From contig CM120640.1 in assembly GCA_051362555.1 (NCBI GenBank), positions 14,012,001-14,076,000 on the forward strand: a stretch of 64,000 bases of DNA. Direction: 5' to 3'. This DNA is from Lingula anatina (taxonomy: Eukaryota > Animalia > Brachiopoda). Position 1 is the stretch's first letter, and every line of letters starts with the position of its first letter. This document shows, piece after piece, positions 38,201 through 51,810 of this stretch. Under the pieces are notes generated by a model that ran no database searches, was not told the origin of the DNA, and was given only the letters and a program-made list of their open reading frames with translations. The position numbers and the translations under genes were made by a program.

Positions 38201-41200
38201 CGGTCTAAAGAATGTTGGGTTTGGCTTCTTAGATCGTCACAAATATTATTATGCTTTCTTTTTTGTTTTATTTCATTTCTTAATTAATTATAGGCGATAC
38301 CTTGGTTTAATCACAGTTTTGCAAATATTAGATTTTCTTTATTTTAAAACACCATTCACCTTGGGTTGGCAAAATATCAATTCAGTCTTTTAAGTGCTAA
38401 TGCACTTTTAAAATACCCCCTTCCTCGTGAAATAATCAAAACGCTTTTGTTTGGAATTTTGAAAATATAAGTGCCACCCACTTTTTAATATATTTCAATC
38501 TAATAAATCCAATCACTTTGACATGCTTGTTTTGTTTTCGATCAAGCAAACCAAACCATTACATTGACTATGTTCCATTCTCTCTTTCATAAAAAAACCG
38601 TAAAGCTAGTATAGAATGAATTCCAGAGCATCCGACTGAAATATCACCTTTTACACTTTACCGACTATATTACGAATCTGGACATTGTGCCGTAGTGCGT
38701 GGGCACTGGCCACTATGTATGATGGCGTAACACCACGAATAACGCCGTGAACAAATACCTCGTCACCGCATGGTGTAACGTGTCGTAAGAGGCCCCAGAT
38801 AAGACCTTAAATTAGGACTACTTATGAAACGATTGCTCCAAGTGTTACGTGCTGTAACGGTTCCCCTTTTTTTGCTGTGACCTATACAGTTGTGCTGTGA
38901 CCCACATACCGAAGAAGGATTCATTGTACACACCGTGACAGGCTCTACTTACGAAATATATATGTCTTGTATTTTTTTAAAAAATAGGCGTGTTAACGAT
39001 AAGAACAATGTTTTTTTACTAAATAGTAGATTACGGATGCAAGTTAAAGAGCCTTGTGATATTTTCATATTTATGCTGTTTATATCCGGGTGAAAATGAC
39101 ACAAATGTATGAACTTATGACAATTTTTCGTGTAACCTCACCTCCCGGTTTTGGTGATGATCATCTCTGTCCCCAAGCTGTTGAATTTCTCCCAGAGGTC
39201 CCTGTTCTCCAGGCTAATCTTGATGTTCTTGTCATTGGTAGCACCTTCTCTCCCGGGGAGCATTCTGCCCTGAGAGGGAAAAGCACCGAATCCTTGAGGC
39301 GGCCCTAGAAGTAAAACAAAAAACTATCATACTGACAATTCTCTCAGCATCTTCACTGCACGTATGAATACTTTCCTTACCTTAGAAATTTAAGAAAATT
39401 GAATTTATTTCCAATTTTGTTCAACCTTGCCACGTCTAGTTAACATAAATTAACATCGTCTCTGTTTTGTCTTCTTTTGATAAATAAATGAAAAAATAGA
39501 ATTCTCTAGATCAAAGATGATTGGCAATATGAAGTCACCTCGGCAGACTTTTCAAAACAAAATAGTCAAAATTATGAAAAAACTCACGGATTCTTGCTCC
39601 AATCTCTAGCATATTTCATACGCCATATAAATTGATCTGAATTTGCTATTGATCACAGATATTAGCCGTCCCAAACTTAATAGTGCCCATACTGTAATTC
39701 TCAGGTGCATATCCAAATACCTATACCTGTATTTTTGATAGTAGTCCTACTGTTGATCATGCAGTATTCCTCAATCTGTATGAGACCTTTTTTCAACTGT
39801 GCACTACTGCACAGATCATGCTGCAAATTTGTCAGCGAGCACGACGACCGTCAAGTATCAAGTCGGCATATTATTACCAACTTGAGACGATCACACCTTT
39901 CTTTCAGACCGCCATTGTTGGAGATACGATGAAAGCTCGAGTATAGCACTAATGGACGCTTCTTTGTTGTCGCCTCCTGACAGGGAAAGGTGGTTATCTC
40001 ACGTTGAATTAATTGGCGGTGCCAAAAGTTTATATGATACATCGTGATATTTTGACACCCGCGCACAGGGCGGGTTGACGCGTTCTGGCATTACTGTTAT
40101 TATTATTGTCGTTTTCGGTTGTTTGATTTGGTGTTGTTTTAGCATTAGTGTCACCTTTATAAGTGGTTTTCAGAACTTTTTTTTATTTTTTTTGTTCGGG
40201 TAGTATTTGTTACTGTTTTACTGTTAATGTCAAATAATAATTACTGTCAATGTCACGTTTAAAAATAAAGGATAGTTCAATTACCTACCAATTTTATCTC
40301 AATTAAATAAGACTAATATGTGAAAAAAAATTACACAGATGTTGAATTTATTGAAATCTGATGCTAGTAAAAAAGTGCACCCGAAAAAAATCCATGAGAG
40401 GGGGAGGTGGAATTTACAGACCAAACTTGATAAAAGCATTACACGCTATGCCAGAGACATGCGAGGTGTTCTATGCGCCGTTTTTTATTACCTTTGTGCT
40501 TGGATCAAACAATCGAATTTAGTTCTAAAAACAGGTCGTGGAGAACACTGATATTATTCATCAGCATAAAAAACATGTTGTCAATACTCTCGCCCTCATT
40601 TGCCATCGGTATGCAGGTGTGGGGAATTTTCAATACCCATCAAAGAACAAACCTCCCGAACTTTCATATAGACATAACATCATCATGAAATTTGAGGAGA
40701 CCCGTTGGATGATTAAGTGTGAGAAAATAATTAAGGACCAGGCACCATTTTATGGCCCTAACTCACAACACCCCAAAAGAAACCCGAATCCTTATTTGTC
40801 GTTGACGATGACCACTTCATGTATCACTTAAGAATTTCTGTAGCGAAGGAAACTAGGCAGGCGCCACAAACTGACAACAGGCCACAATACGTGCACCCCA
40901 TGTGACAGCGAGGCTTTTATCTGCGGCTAAAAGGGAGAATATGGTGACAAAAGTGTTGACAGTTGGGATGAAATGCTTCAGTGGCCTTGATGATTTTTTT
41001 TTACTCAACTTCGACTAAGCTTGTTGTTTCGTGCTATTTTTTATTTTTATTTAGTAGCACGGCCTAAATGGAATTTTTCTTCCGGCTAGATTTTAGAAAA
41101 TCAAACAAAGAAAACTTATTTCTGTGTATTTCAAACAGAAAAAAGCTCTTTAAAAGTATCCTATCAATATATCTTCATTGTATAAACCTAAGTTTGAACA

Positions 41201-42057
41201 AATTCTTTAATAATATTTAATATGCTTAAATACAACAATTGACAGAGTTTTTTTATTATTATTTAGACCGGGCATTCTTGATGAAATGGGAGCATTCTTC
41301 ATTAGAAAAACAAACAATACGCACTTCTGTTAAACGATCTCATTTTATCATACGCGTGGATAATTGCAACACAAGCGTCGATTTAGGTTGCGATGAAAAA
41401 TGAGTATTAAGAAGGAAAATATATCTCCAACATCGGCTTATCAAGTGGGAGCCAGCCGATTTTCTACTTCGATACGCAGAAATTGCAACTTGAATTGCTG
41501 CAAACTGTCGGTAGGTTTTCATTTATTTAACCAAACTTGGTATCATTTTACCATTAATTTTGAATTGCACTGCTTAACCATTGAATACTTTGCCTACCAT
41601 GTTGCCACAGATTTTGTTTAGGTATCAAAACATTTAAACTCAATTAAGTCATTTGATGCCGCAAACTGTAAACAATGAAGCGGTACTTTTTCGATGTAAG
41701 TTGATTCAAAATATTAACGTTCTCGTTTCAAACAAATTAAGAAAACTGTTTACTATTAATTTTGAATTAAAAAACATGCAGCATTTGGTTACCAATATTT
41801 CCGTGATAACATACATGTAAAATGATGCGTTTCCGTATAATAAAATAACACGTGCTGGAAAAAAACATGATGGCACAATCTAATACATTTTCGCCATCAA
41901 AAGAGACCCTACCTGAAAGCGAGAGCGGGTCATGGTGGTGTGGATGCGGCACAGGAAAGCTGAAGTGATACGGCTGAGGAGCAGGCATCATCGCTGGATG
42001 CGTGAGAGGAAAACTTCCGTGGTGAGTACGTGGTCCAAACAAATCGTCGTTATACAT
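29781..42057 (-). CDS. Tbx6: T-box transcription factor, Tbx6/Tbx16 (VegT-like) subfamily, about 478 aa, 7 exons
   Basis: Exons (minus strand): 42057-41913, 39304-39142, 35179-34912, 33326-33180, 31779-31712, 30869-30805, 30361-29781 (TGA). Complete T-domain: [116 protein letters not shown]. The T-box family call is certain. The subfamily call rests on [16 protein letters not shown] and QANDxFSxRW resembling invertebrate Tbx6/16 as I recall it. Confidence 0.88.
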
Positions 42058-45000
42058 CCCGGCTAAACAGTCTAAGTCCTTCTTTAGATTAACTCTTAGT
42101 ATTCGATCTTAACACCTTGGAAGCTCGGAGGCAAATGAAACCCCATGCTTTGCGGCCAGCCTCTAAAAATCTCCAGTCTTCAATATTTTACTATGCTTAC
42201 ACTCAGTCAATGAATCACCAGCGGCAATCCCCGTGTCACCGAATCGAAAACGAGGCTATCTCAATCAAAGATCAATTACCGTGAAACACGTCACTTTGAT
42301 GAATGCCGCGTATGACAGGCGTGGCAGCGCTTGGCACCAAACATGAGACAAACCACGTGGCCGAGGCATTTCGGACAAAACAGGACAGCAAGGATGTCAC
42401 CTAACAAACTTCAACGGCAGATGGAGAAATCAACAAATTGACGCATTCATAATACAAATGTGATAATTCTATCCACTTAGTGGAATAAAAGCAATTGGAG
42501 GCTGTTTGAAGAGGAATATTTTGCATTGTGCTATAAGCTCCATGTTTTTGCAAGTTTGTTTCTTTTCTTCGATTCCATTAAAAGATATGGGAAAGGCGAA
42601 ATAAGGAAAAACAACCGATTCAGAATTCTCACTCTGCCATTTGATAACATCCGAAAGAAATTTGTCACCGGGGTTATATGTCAGTGCAATTTGTTGCCAC
42701 CTTTCTGACCAAATTCCTCCCCAAAGCACGCACTAGCTAGATCACCCTTCGGATCTGTTGTTGATCAAACAGATAAAGACGAGGTGGGTTGGTTTTATTG
42801 GTCCCCCACACTAAAGGAACAGCCGTGAGCGGTCCATTGCTCGAGCAGAAAATACCTCTTATTCAATCTATGAATTGAAAATCAAACAACATAACGGGGC
42901 ATCATTGGTTCGACAATAGAGAGGCATTCAGATTGAATTCGCGGGCAGATTATCTTCAGGGGCCGATTCCTTGCAGGTTTCTTTGCGGGGTCTTTCTCCG
43001 CCCTTTGAGCGAGCTTTCTGGGCCCTATGTGTTGCTTTTATGTTTGGTCATCCGCGATGTTTGGTTGACAGGACACAATGTAAAATGAACTGCGGAGATC
43101 AAATACTTATCGATACGCGGAGTACCTGTTTGCTTTTCGACCCGTAAACACCGTAGCTGTTGTTGCCCGCCCTGTGTTTTATTTTGATTATTATTATTAT
43201 GATTTTCATTTATAATTATAAATTCTGTAGTCTTCTTATAATAATATATATAATTAGTAAGTTCTTCAGTTGCATTCAGCATTCAGCATCGTATCTTTTT
43301 TTTTTTTTTTTTGAAAATGAGGTTGGAAATATAAAAGAAGTAGGTCGTTCATTCATTGAAAATATTTATCTATTAGCTTTTTGATTTACATTCACTTTTC
43401 ATTTACTTGGAAACATATGCAACAGTTTTTTTCCAAATATTGTAATTGAAAAAAAATTATAAGAGCTAAATACCCAATTTAGATTTATAGGGGATCTAGA
43501 CAGCAGCAAGACAAAAGTTGGAAGTCTTGCTTAGGTATAATATGAGGATTTCCTATTAAGACCACTTGGATCAGATGCTGTGCAGATTCGTTGCATGGCC
43601 GGGTAACATTTGTCGCCCTTTTGATCCGGTAATGGACGGGTACTGCTTTAGCTACTTGTGTATTTGTTATTTCGATTTCCTCCGACTATTTTCTCCGAGT
43701 ATCCAGTCATATACATAGCACCTCATTAATAACCATTTAACACTTTTCATATTTCTAAAATATTTTCTATCGAATTTAGAGACCAGCTGAGGAGACATAG
43801 TCTTATTCTCTTAAGAATAAATGATCAAGTTACTTGCCACCGATGTTAAATTCTGATTGGAGGGAAACGATGATTGACGTGTAAAGCCCGCGGGGACAGC
43901 AAGGCAGTCGATTTTGTGGTAATGCTTTCTTCCAAGTTGTCACTATTTTCACGAGAAGTAATCGGATTAGGAAAATTTGGGCGAAAATTTTGCTGGTATT
44001 GTGCGGGAAGCGCCAGCGGTCCTGGAGAAGCGGGCAACATGCATGGGGCAGAGCAATGCACCGTCGCAATCTTTTGTTTCTCCGGACGCTTTTTGTTGAA
44101 GTTGTGTTTATAAACGGGCGCGATATAAAACACCGTTATTAGATTATTACCTGTGATTACGCCATGATCGCGCGATATCTATGAAACTACATAATAATAA
44201 ACTGCCATCAGAGGAGAAAGGCTAATTTAACCGATTTTTTGAAAAGAAAAGCCCTTCCAGTCATTTCTTTAATGTGACATGCTTATGAAAAGTTACAACA
44301 CCATGCATGGCGTTATGAAACTTATGACAATTCCTGACATAATTTTACATTTTTCTTACACCCCGTTTAAGCAATTCTTAACGAATGTCTCACTTGACAA
44401 CGTAACTGTGTATCACGGAATACAAAGGCAGGTCTAAAATAAATGCCAGAACTGAAATATTATTATGCGCCACCAAAGAATCCAGTAAACGTTTCAATAT
44501 TGAAAAAAATCAAGAATGTCGTTTATAGAGTGTGAATCGGAGGCAGAATCGATAATGAAAATAAGAAAATGAACGTGAGAGATAAATGTAATATTTGAAG
44601 AACGAATGAATACCACGAATGTCCTAGTAAAAGGATAGTAACGATGTGTTGTGATGAGACTACGAAAAGGGATAATAAATTAATTGAAGGGCAATCGCGA
44701 TGTGATGCAAGGGTAGTTACTGAAATATATTACATATTATATATTTTTATCGAAAACTTTTTTGTCCGAGATATTAAGGAATTGTAATATTTTCTTAAAT
44801 AGAGGATGGGAATTGGTGATGCAGTTTTGTTAATCAAACAGATGTCTATTCTTATCTTCTTTCATCCATTGATTCATCAATCATTTTTTGTATGAAAAAT
44901 ATAACACTTTTCTAACCTTTATTAACTTTATCTACAGGTACACGTTCGTTTCCCCGATGTGCCGTAATAGACTGCAACGACAAATTGAAATTATATATTT

Positions 45001-45582
45001 CAAATATTCATGTATATCTGCCCAATTAAACAAGACCTATTTGGTCTTGTTGCTGCTCAAAGTGAAAAAGGAGGCAGTAAACACGGGAACATTGGTGTCA
45101 GATGTGCCACGCCTGCCAAGAATGAAAAACAACTACTGCAGTTTGATAAGAAGGACGATTAGATTATTGGCATTTTTTTTCAATTCAAAGGATTAAATTA
45201 AAATTATGCCTTATGACGTGCGAGAAAATGCCGTTATTGAAGAATCATTTTATTTCATTTTTATTTTATCATTCACGCAGAGATAAAATGCCAAAATAAG
45301 TGCTGTGAGAGAAAAAAATCTAACATTTAAGAACTTCTAATAAAGTTTAAAAAAATGTAGTTATCGTTCCCTCCCTAGAGAGCTTTTTTATTTCAAACCT
45401 TTTCAAATTTATTGCAGTAGAGGAGCGAACCATCTTTCTCTCTGTCACAGTAGGCTATTCTTTTCCACGATACTTGAGACTGCAGTGCATTGTAGTTGGT
45501 GAGCACTACCAATGCTGTGAAACAACAGCAGAAATGGTCATCGCTTGAAGAGTCATTACTCAGTGTGTTTTCAAATAAAGCG

Positions 45583-45853
45583 CAAAGGGAAGATCCAGGA
45601 TTATTTAAAGTGGGGGGGGGGGGGGGGGGGGGGTCGCAGATGCCAAGCCGACCCTCCCTTCCTATCTCTTTGGTGTGGGGTTTGGGACCCGCTGAAGGGC
45701 CCCGAAAATTTTGGTATTTTAAAGGGCGAACAGTGCCATTTGGTACAGCTAGTCAAAATTCTAATTTCAAGAGGGGACCATTGGTGTGATTTTTTTCAGA
45801 ATCCGAAGGGGGGGGGGGGGGGGGTCAGGACCCCCCTGTCACCCCCGCCACTG
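45583..45853. mobile_element. Degenerate MITE of the CAG[G/T]GGCGGATCCAGG type with G-run sub-termini
   Basis: Starts CAAAGGGAAGATCCAGGA followed by a G run; ends G run..CCCCGCCACTG. Same end architecture as the 14738 element. Confidence 0.55.
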
Positions 45854-47131
45854 ATTATTTTTTATATTTGATAGTAGATATACATGTATATGCACAGATA
45901 TGCTTGCACATAATAGAAATCTAATACTGCGAGCAAATGGGCGTGATTTAATCTATAGTAACACAAGCCTGTTTAATATCATGATGTATATCTTGGGTTT
46001 GATTGATTATAAGCGTCAAGAAACCCAAAGAATGAGGCTGAAGAAAATTACTACAATTACTACATGTCAATACTTAGCAATTACCATTGTCCCACTCACT
46101 TCCTCAGTTTCAAGTAGGTCAGAAACTCGAAACTCATCTAGTGGTTCAACTTCAGTGCAGTTTTCTCCAGGCCTCTAACCGACATGTCAATATATTAATT
46201 TACAGAAGTTTCCGTTTCCGTTGGGCAGAAACGGAAATTTCTACATAGACATAGGTTTTATTCTCCAAAGGAAGCACAGTTCAAGCAAAGTGCATTGCAC
46301 CTGAAGCCCAGTTTCCGCTGATCTTTTTTCTGTCTCTTCTTAGTGCAGTCTGGGGCCGTCATTTCTTTTGGTACGTGTACATGCTAGACCAACTGGTATT
46401 CAATTGCCCTTGGCGTGTGCACATGTAGTAGCGGTGATCGGGTAATTGTTAACAATGCCGTGGGGAGAGTGTTTCGTACACAACAAGAACTAAAAAACCT
46501 TCTCTTCGCTTATCTTTTTCAGAATGAATCTTACTTCCGGCTTTTGTGAACATATGTTGAAGGTGTGCCCACAGCGCTCGTCTGGTGATAACAGCGAGGA
46601 GTAAAATAAAGCTCAAACAAAACAAAAGGTATTATTTTCAATGGATGGATGGATTGAAGGGTGTTGCACAACATCAGTATAGACTTCAGTCAGTCACGCC
46701 TGTTTTGTGTCTTCTCTCTCTCTTTCTTTTTTTTCTTTTTGCCTATGTGTCACATAAAACGTTTCAACAAACTTGTTATTACGGTTAAGAGTGTCAGGTG
46801 CCATAAATTTACAACCTCGATCTTGTATCAGATCACTTTGCATCTCATTTTTTTCATCTAAGTGCATTTCAATTGTGACAAAATTTGTTTGAATGAACTT
46901 GAAAGAAACATGTCAATGTTTCTGCCATTTACATCCGAGCAAACATTTCTTGTAAATCAAGTGCCATCTTGGTTTCGCTGGGTTATGTTAGACTTCCCTT
47001 TTATATCCCCCCCCAATCCATGCTGACAAATCGCACCGGCTTACATGTGAAGGATCATGGTTGTATAGAACAGTTAACGCAAGTCCCAGTAAATTATTCA
47101 CACACACGCGTGCACGAACGCACACACACAG

Positions 47132-47166
47132 GCGCGCGCGCGCGCACACACACACACACACACACG
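47132..47166. repeat. (GC)n(AC)n compound microsatellite
   Basis: Seen directly in the sequence. Confidence 0.9.
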
Positions 47167-48066
47167 GGGATAACAGGTGTCAAAGATACATCAAAATATG
47201 ACATGAAGCACTCTTAAAGACACAACCTCATTAATACCAAGCATTTTGATTATAAAAGAGGCGTATTCAATTAGCGATGGTCAACAAGAATGACAAGGAA
47301 AACTGCGCGGAAATTGAAAAGCAAACAGGGTAACAATTCTTTTAAAGTTTTGTTCAAGATTTTCTCGCAAATAAAGCAACAACTGCAATTACAAGACAAT
47401 TACAACATTTTCGTCATTTTGGTATACAAATATGGAATGTCAACATGGACGGTGTTCTAAAGATGAATAAGATAAAAAGATATATCAGAGAAGATTATGG
47501 CGTAAGACGTCTTAATAATAGTCTTATCATTTCCATGGAATTAACTTACATGGTTTTCCAGATGGAAAAACATCAATTTATTCAGATCACTGATATGACC
47601 CGAAGTATAGATAAATATTAAATGACACTTTGTCTGATCACAAACAATAGAAGCCTCTATGTGAAATTTTGGAACTACTCTTAAAACAACACCAAGAGAT
47701 GAACTGATATAATGTGACCTCATACCAACTGTATCACGGTTACGTGAGCCAGTAATAGGTGAGGTCAGTAGATAATTATAACTTCTTAATCACTTGATAA
47801 AGCACATGCTGCCATTTAGACTAGACCGACATATTTCAATAATTAGAATTCAATTAAAACAATCTGAATTTGTGAGTTATTTACGATTGTTAATTTCGCT
47901 CTGTTTTGTATGAAGATACCTTCATTAACAAATGATGTAATTTGCGTACAGCACAATCTCTAAAACAAGATATTTGAGAACATCTACATAATGTTCAGTT
48001 CCGATGTTTTATCGTCTGCCTCAGTTATCGTACATCTGATAACTGGTTCCTTCCTTGTCAGCTAGC

Positions 48067-51000
48067 CTATCCCCTAAACGCCGTGGAGTGATAGCCATGG
48101 AAGAAATATTTCTTGTGATAAACCATGGAGTCCCGGAGATCTGGAACCGCTTCTGGGTGCAGCATGTGATACCTTGAAACAGAGGGCAAAATACTGTGTT
48201 AGCCAGTGGGCGCATTAGTCTCACCTTATTCATTTGAAGAAAAACTGTACAAAATGGAATTATAACTAGGTTATTCTTTATTAACCTTATATCGTCCTTT
48301 TAACATCAAAGAGAAACCCAATGCATTCCATTTCAGTTCTGTCAGCGATTTATCATTAATTAATAACTGGAGGACTGTTAATTAATCCAACTAGGGAGTT
48401 ATGAATCATTGTTTAATTACCGTTTGGTTGCATTAAGCAGGAGCTAAACCATTAAGATCTAAAAATTCATAACTTTCAAGTTGCCGATATTCATTACTGG
48501 CGCCTAATGGTTATTATAGCAAGCATTTAGATCTGTGATAAATGTTGTGGTGTAACATTGATTTGAATGCATATCATTAGATATTGTGTTGTCTCAAAAC
48601 TATTCAGAGTGAGGTGGTATATATGGTTTTGTTTCAGGATCTAGAATCAATTGCATTATAGTGAAAGTGACAGTAGATTTCGATGATAAATCCATAGAAA
48701 CCCAAAGCTATTTGTTCGTCAAAGGTGGTCTTGGTATTATCAGTCAAAAGTCTTCTTTTAAATAAAGCAGCAAGGTTTCGGAGGGGGGGGGGGGGGCGTG
48801 GGGCAAAGAATGTACTTTTGTTTATTTATTAACTTATCTTATTGTATTTAACCTCATGTATTATCATTTAATTTTATATTTTTATTATCTGTGTGTATGT
48901 TTGGGTCGTGTCTTTTATATCTTCTTTTTTTAGAGAAACGTCTTTGTGATTGAAATATTATAGTGCATCAGATCTTACTTTTTATGGGCGTCAGTTTTGA
49001 AGCAAACACCCAATTTCTGTGGAATATTGCTCCTCCACCACTTTCCGTTCTTATCAATTATGCATGGCGCAGGATGAAGTTGGTGTCTCCAAAACCAATT
49101 GTACTTGTCCGTCGCTTCTTTCTCTGCATGTTCACCGATTGGGACGGGTAACCAGGACAAATCAGGTCCCATGGGCACGTGAATATTTTGTTCCGATGGC
49201 GTAAGTGGAGGTAGAATCGGGAATATAGAAAAATCAGCTTGTGCACTATCCGTTTTCTCATCTAAGAAGTGGACAGTTTTCTTTGGATATGGCGTTTTGC
49301 GATTTTTGGCCGATTTATTGTTGCCTTTCAGTTGGTTACGGGCGACGGGACTGCAGAGCGTTTTTGTTAGTCCTCTTTCGCAAATTTTCAAAGTCACGGG
49401 ATCTATAATGTAACATTTTGGAGGCCAGCAGAGTGCCAGACCTTGAAGAGCTTTGGAACCTTCTGAGCAATCTCTTGTTGACTCATCTTGAGGCTCGCCT
49501 GCTTTCTTTCCTTCATTGTTATTGCAATCCCCGATTTCACCTTTCCGATCTTTTTCTTCTTCATCGTCATCCTTTTCATCAGGCCCGTGGGTAAAGTCCA
49601 TTAATTCATCTTGTTTTGGGGGATTAGGATCAGTAAAGGTGTTCTGATAGCCGGAAGTCAGGTAAACTTGTTCGTGGTAGTCCGAAAGGGCTTGAAGTGT
49701 GGCGCCAACAAGGGGAAATTTACCTACAACAACACGTTCATGACGCAAATAAACTTGCTTATATATTTTGAAAATCATTTTGTACACGATCATATCATTG
49801 GTTTCAAATTTTAGTTCTTATCTTTGCCAATAATATTCTTATCTGAAGTTGCCAAAGCTTCTATAGAGCCATATGGAAAAAACACAAAGAAACAGATTTT
49901 TTAAAATCAATCTGCAGTTTTTGTAATGTCCTATATCCTGACACAGTTTCTGCAGCAGAGGTCTCCTTACCTCGCTTTGCCCAGTCTTTCTCGTGGTATG
50001 GAAATACCTCTTCTTTAGGTATATGAGAGGTATAGGGGTGGAGGTCGAGGGCAGGATGCGCTCTAAGTCGCGGCAAAACAGGGAGATCGAGGCTTTTCGG
50101 TAATCTGAATTGTTAAAACGAGAAAAAATTGCAAATGAATTCTTAAATTTATAAGATTGGTCAAAAGAGATCCATCGTCAACTACTTTTCCTTACGCCAC
50201 TCGTCATTGAAGACGATTAGTATAGTATGTGGACTGTCTTGCCAACTGGCGCCATTTTGTGTTTGTGGCGGCCAACAGGGTAAACATGAAATATGTTACC
50301 GATACTTGACAAATCCGTCTACAAGAACCTAAGCCTCGGCAAATAACACATTAACTTAGAAAAAAAAAAAAAAAAAAAAAAAAACGCATGAAAAAAACCC
50401 CGATAAAGTGAGGTAGCTGATTTATAACTTGAAACAGCAGTATATTGCAGCGCCATTTGCGACATTTAATCATTTCATCTGTCAACTCAAACGAAACCTC
50501 AAACGTTTTATGATATGTTCAGATAACTCGCCTTTGGTCATTTAGCCTGCAAGCGCTCAGTTTCAGCGGTGTCAGATGGTAAGGCTGTGTACCTGTCAGA
50601 CTGAAAATAAAAACCTTTTAGTTGAAACAGATTTTATCAGTATAATTGTGAAAAGTTGATGCAATCATGGACTTGTAATAACGATTTTTATTATCATTAT
50701 TTTGAAATAGTGTGTCTAAAGGGACTTCACACAACCGATTAACATATGAATTAAATCGACGATGAAATATTGATTTCTGTGTTAAACCGTTGAAATTAAG
50801 GGTGTTTGCTGTAACTTAATTCTGAAATAACAACCCCCATACTTACTCTGGAGGACAGCCACTTCCAAAATGCCTGTGACTTCTGCTAACAAGGAGGTCC
50901 TTGACACGATACGCGTCCAGAAACGGTCTCTTGCCTATGCCCCCGTAATGTGTTACATTTTCTCCCCATGTTTTACCACCGGGTGGCGGGCAGGCGGATA

Positions 51001-51175
51001 CCTGTAACCTATACAACAAACAGAAATGTCAAATTTTTACTGCCTCATTTGACAGCGTGTTGTGTATGGTTATGTGAGTTTGGTGTGTGAGAGGTCTTTC
51101 TATCTATATATACTCTGAATTCGCCAGTCTGGTGTGTCTTCCGATGTTTAGTCCAAGAGACTGTTTGAATTTCAT
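48067..51175 (-). CDS. C7orf31/SPMIP4-like (sperm/ciliary microtubule inner protein family), about 402 aa, 5 exons
   Basis: Exons (minus strand): 51175-51114 (first exon least certain), 51008-50847, 50104-49971, 49723-48979, 48172-48067 (TAG). Phases join. Colinear motifs resembling vertebrate C7orf31: WGENVTHYGGIG..D.YR.K..SHRHFGSG, HPYTSHIPKEEVFP, LSDYHEQ, and C-terminal FKTDAHKKYH..PDLRD..KKYFFHGYHSTAFRG. Confidence 0.7.
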
Positions 51176-51810
51176 GGAAGTCCCGTTTGACCGGTTCGAT
51201 TGCTGTTAATTATTTCTTTTCGATTAAACAATTTCTTGCTCATGCAACCAAGATAAGATATAACTTCAATGATAAAATTAATAAATTCATTGTATAAAAA
51301 GTGCGTTTACATTAAAGATGGGTGGACTATTCTCATTGCGACCCTCATTCGTCTAAGCAAGCATAGACAATAAATGCAATCTTTGTTTTTCGAAGGAAGA
51401 CTTTTGCCTCGGGGATGACAGCAAGGGGAGGGATATAGGGGCTACTTTTTCAGATAAGGTTCGTACTGAGAAAGAATCGTGCTATTTTCAATATGACCGT
51501 GCCTTAAAAGAAGTAATCAAAGAACACGCATATGTTTTTTATTTAATGTATATTATTTACCCTATTGATGGCACTGTTGTTCGTCGCCGTTGGTATGGGG
51601 TGAACAGATCACTGGAGAGATACGACGGAGATATCTCTGAAGTGAACAGTGTTGTCTCTGAACTTTGGCACATATTGGCCACTAGATTTGTAGGTCTTTA
51701 TTTTGCCCTCCTTTACGAACGCTCCCTCCTTACAAAGCAGAAGACTTTAGCAAATCCAGCGACTACCTTTATTCAGGAACTTCCATGATGATCTCCAAGG
51801 ACACTCTGAG

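Noticed and set aside
43830-44133. CpG-rich block with three overlapping ORFs upstream of Tbx6
   Set aside because: No protein motif, splice context or TIRs found. It may be regulatory, but this is not supportable from sequence alone.
46204-46242. 15-bp-arm hairpin (other short hairpins at 786-811 and 37071-37087)
   Set aside because: Too short and without context to assign as ncRNA or element ends.
48975-49793. 272-aa single-exon ORF in the track
   Set aside because: Better explained as internal exon 49723-48979 of the SPMIP4-like gene; its ATG lies in the preceding intron.
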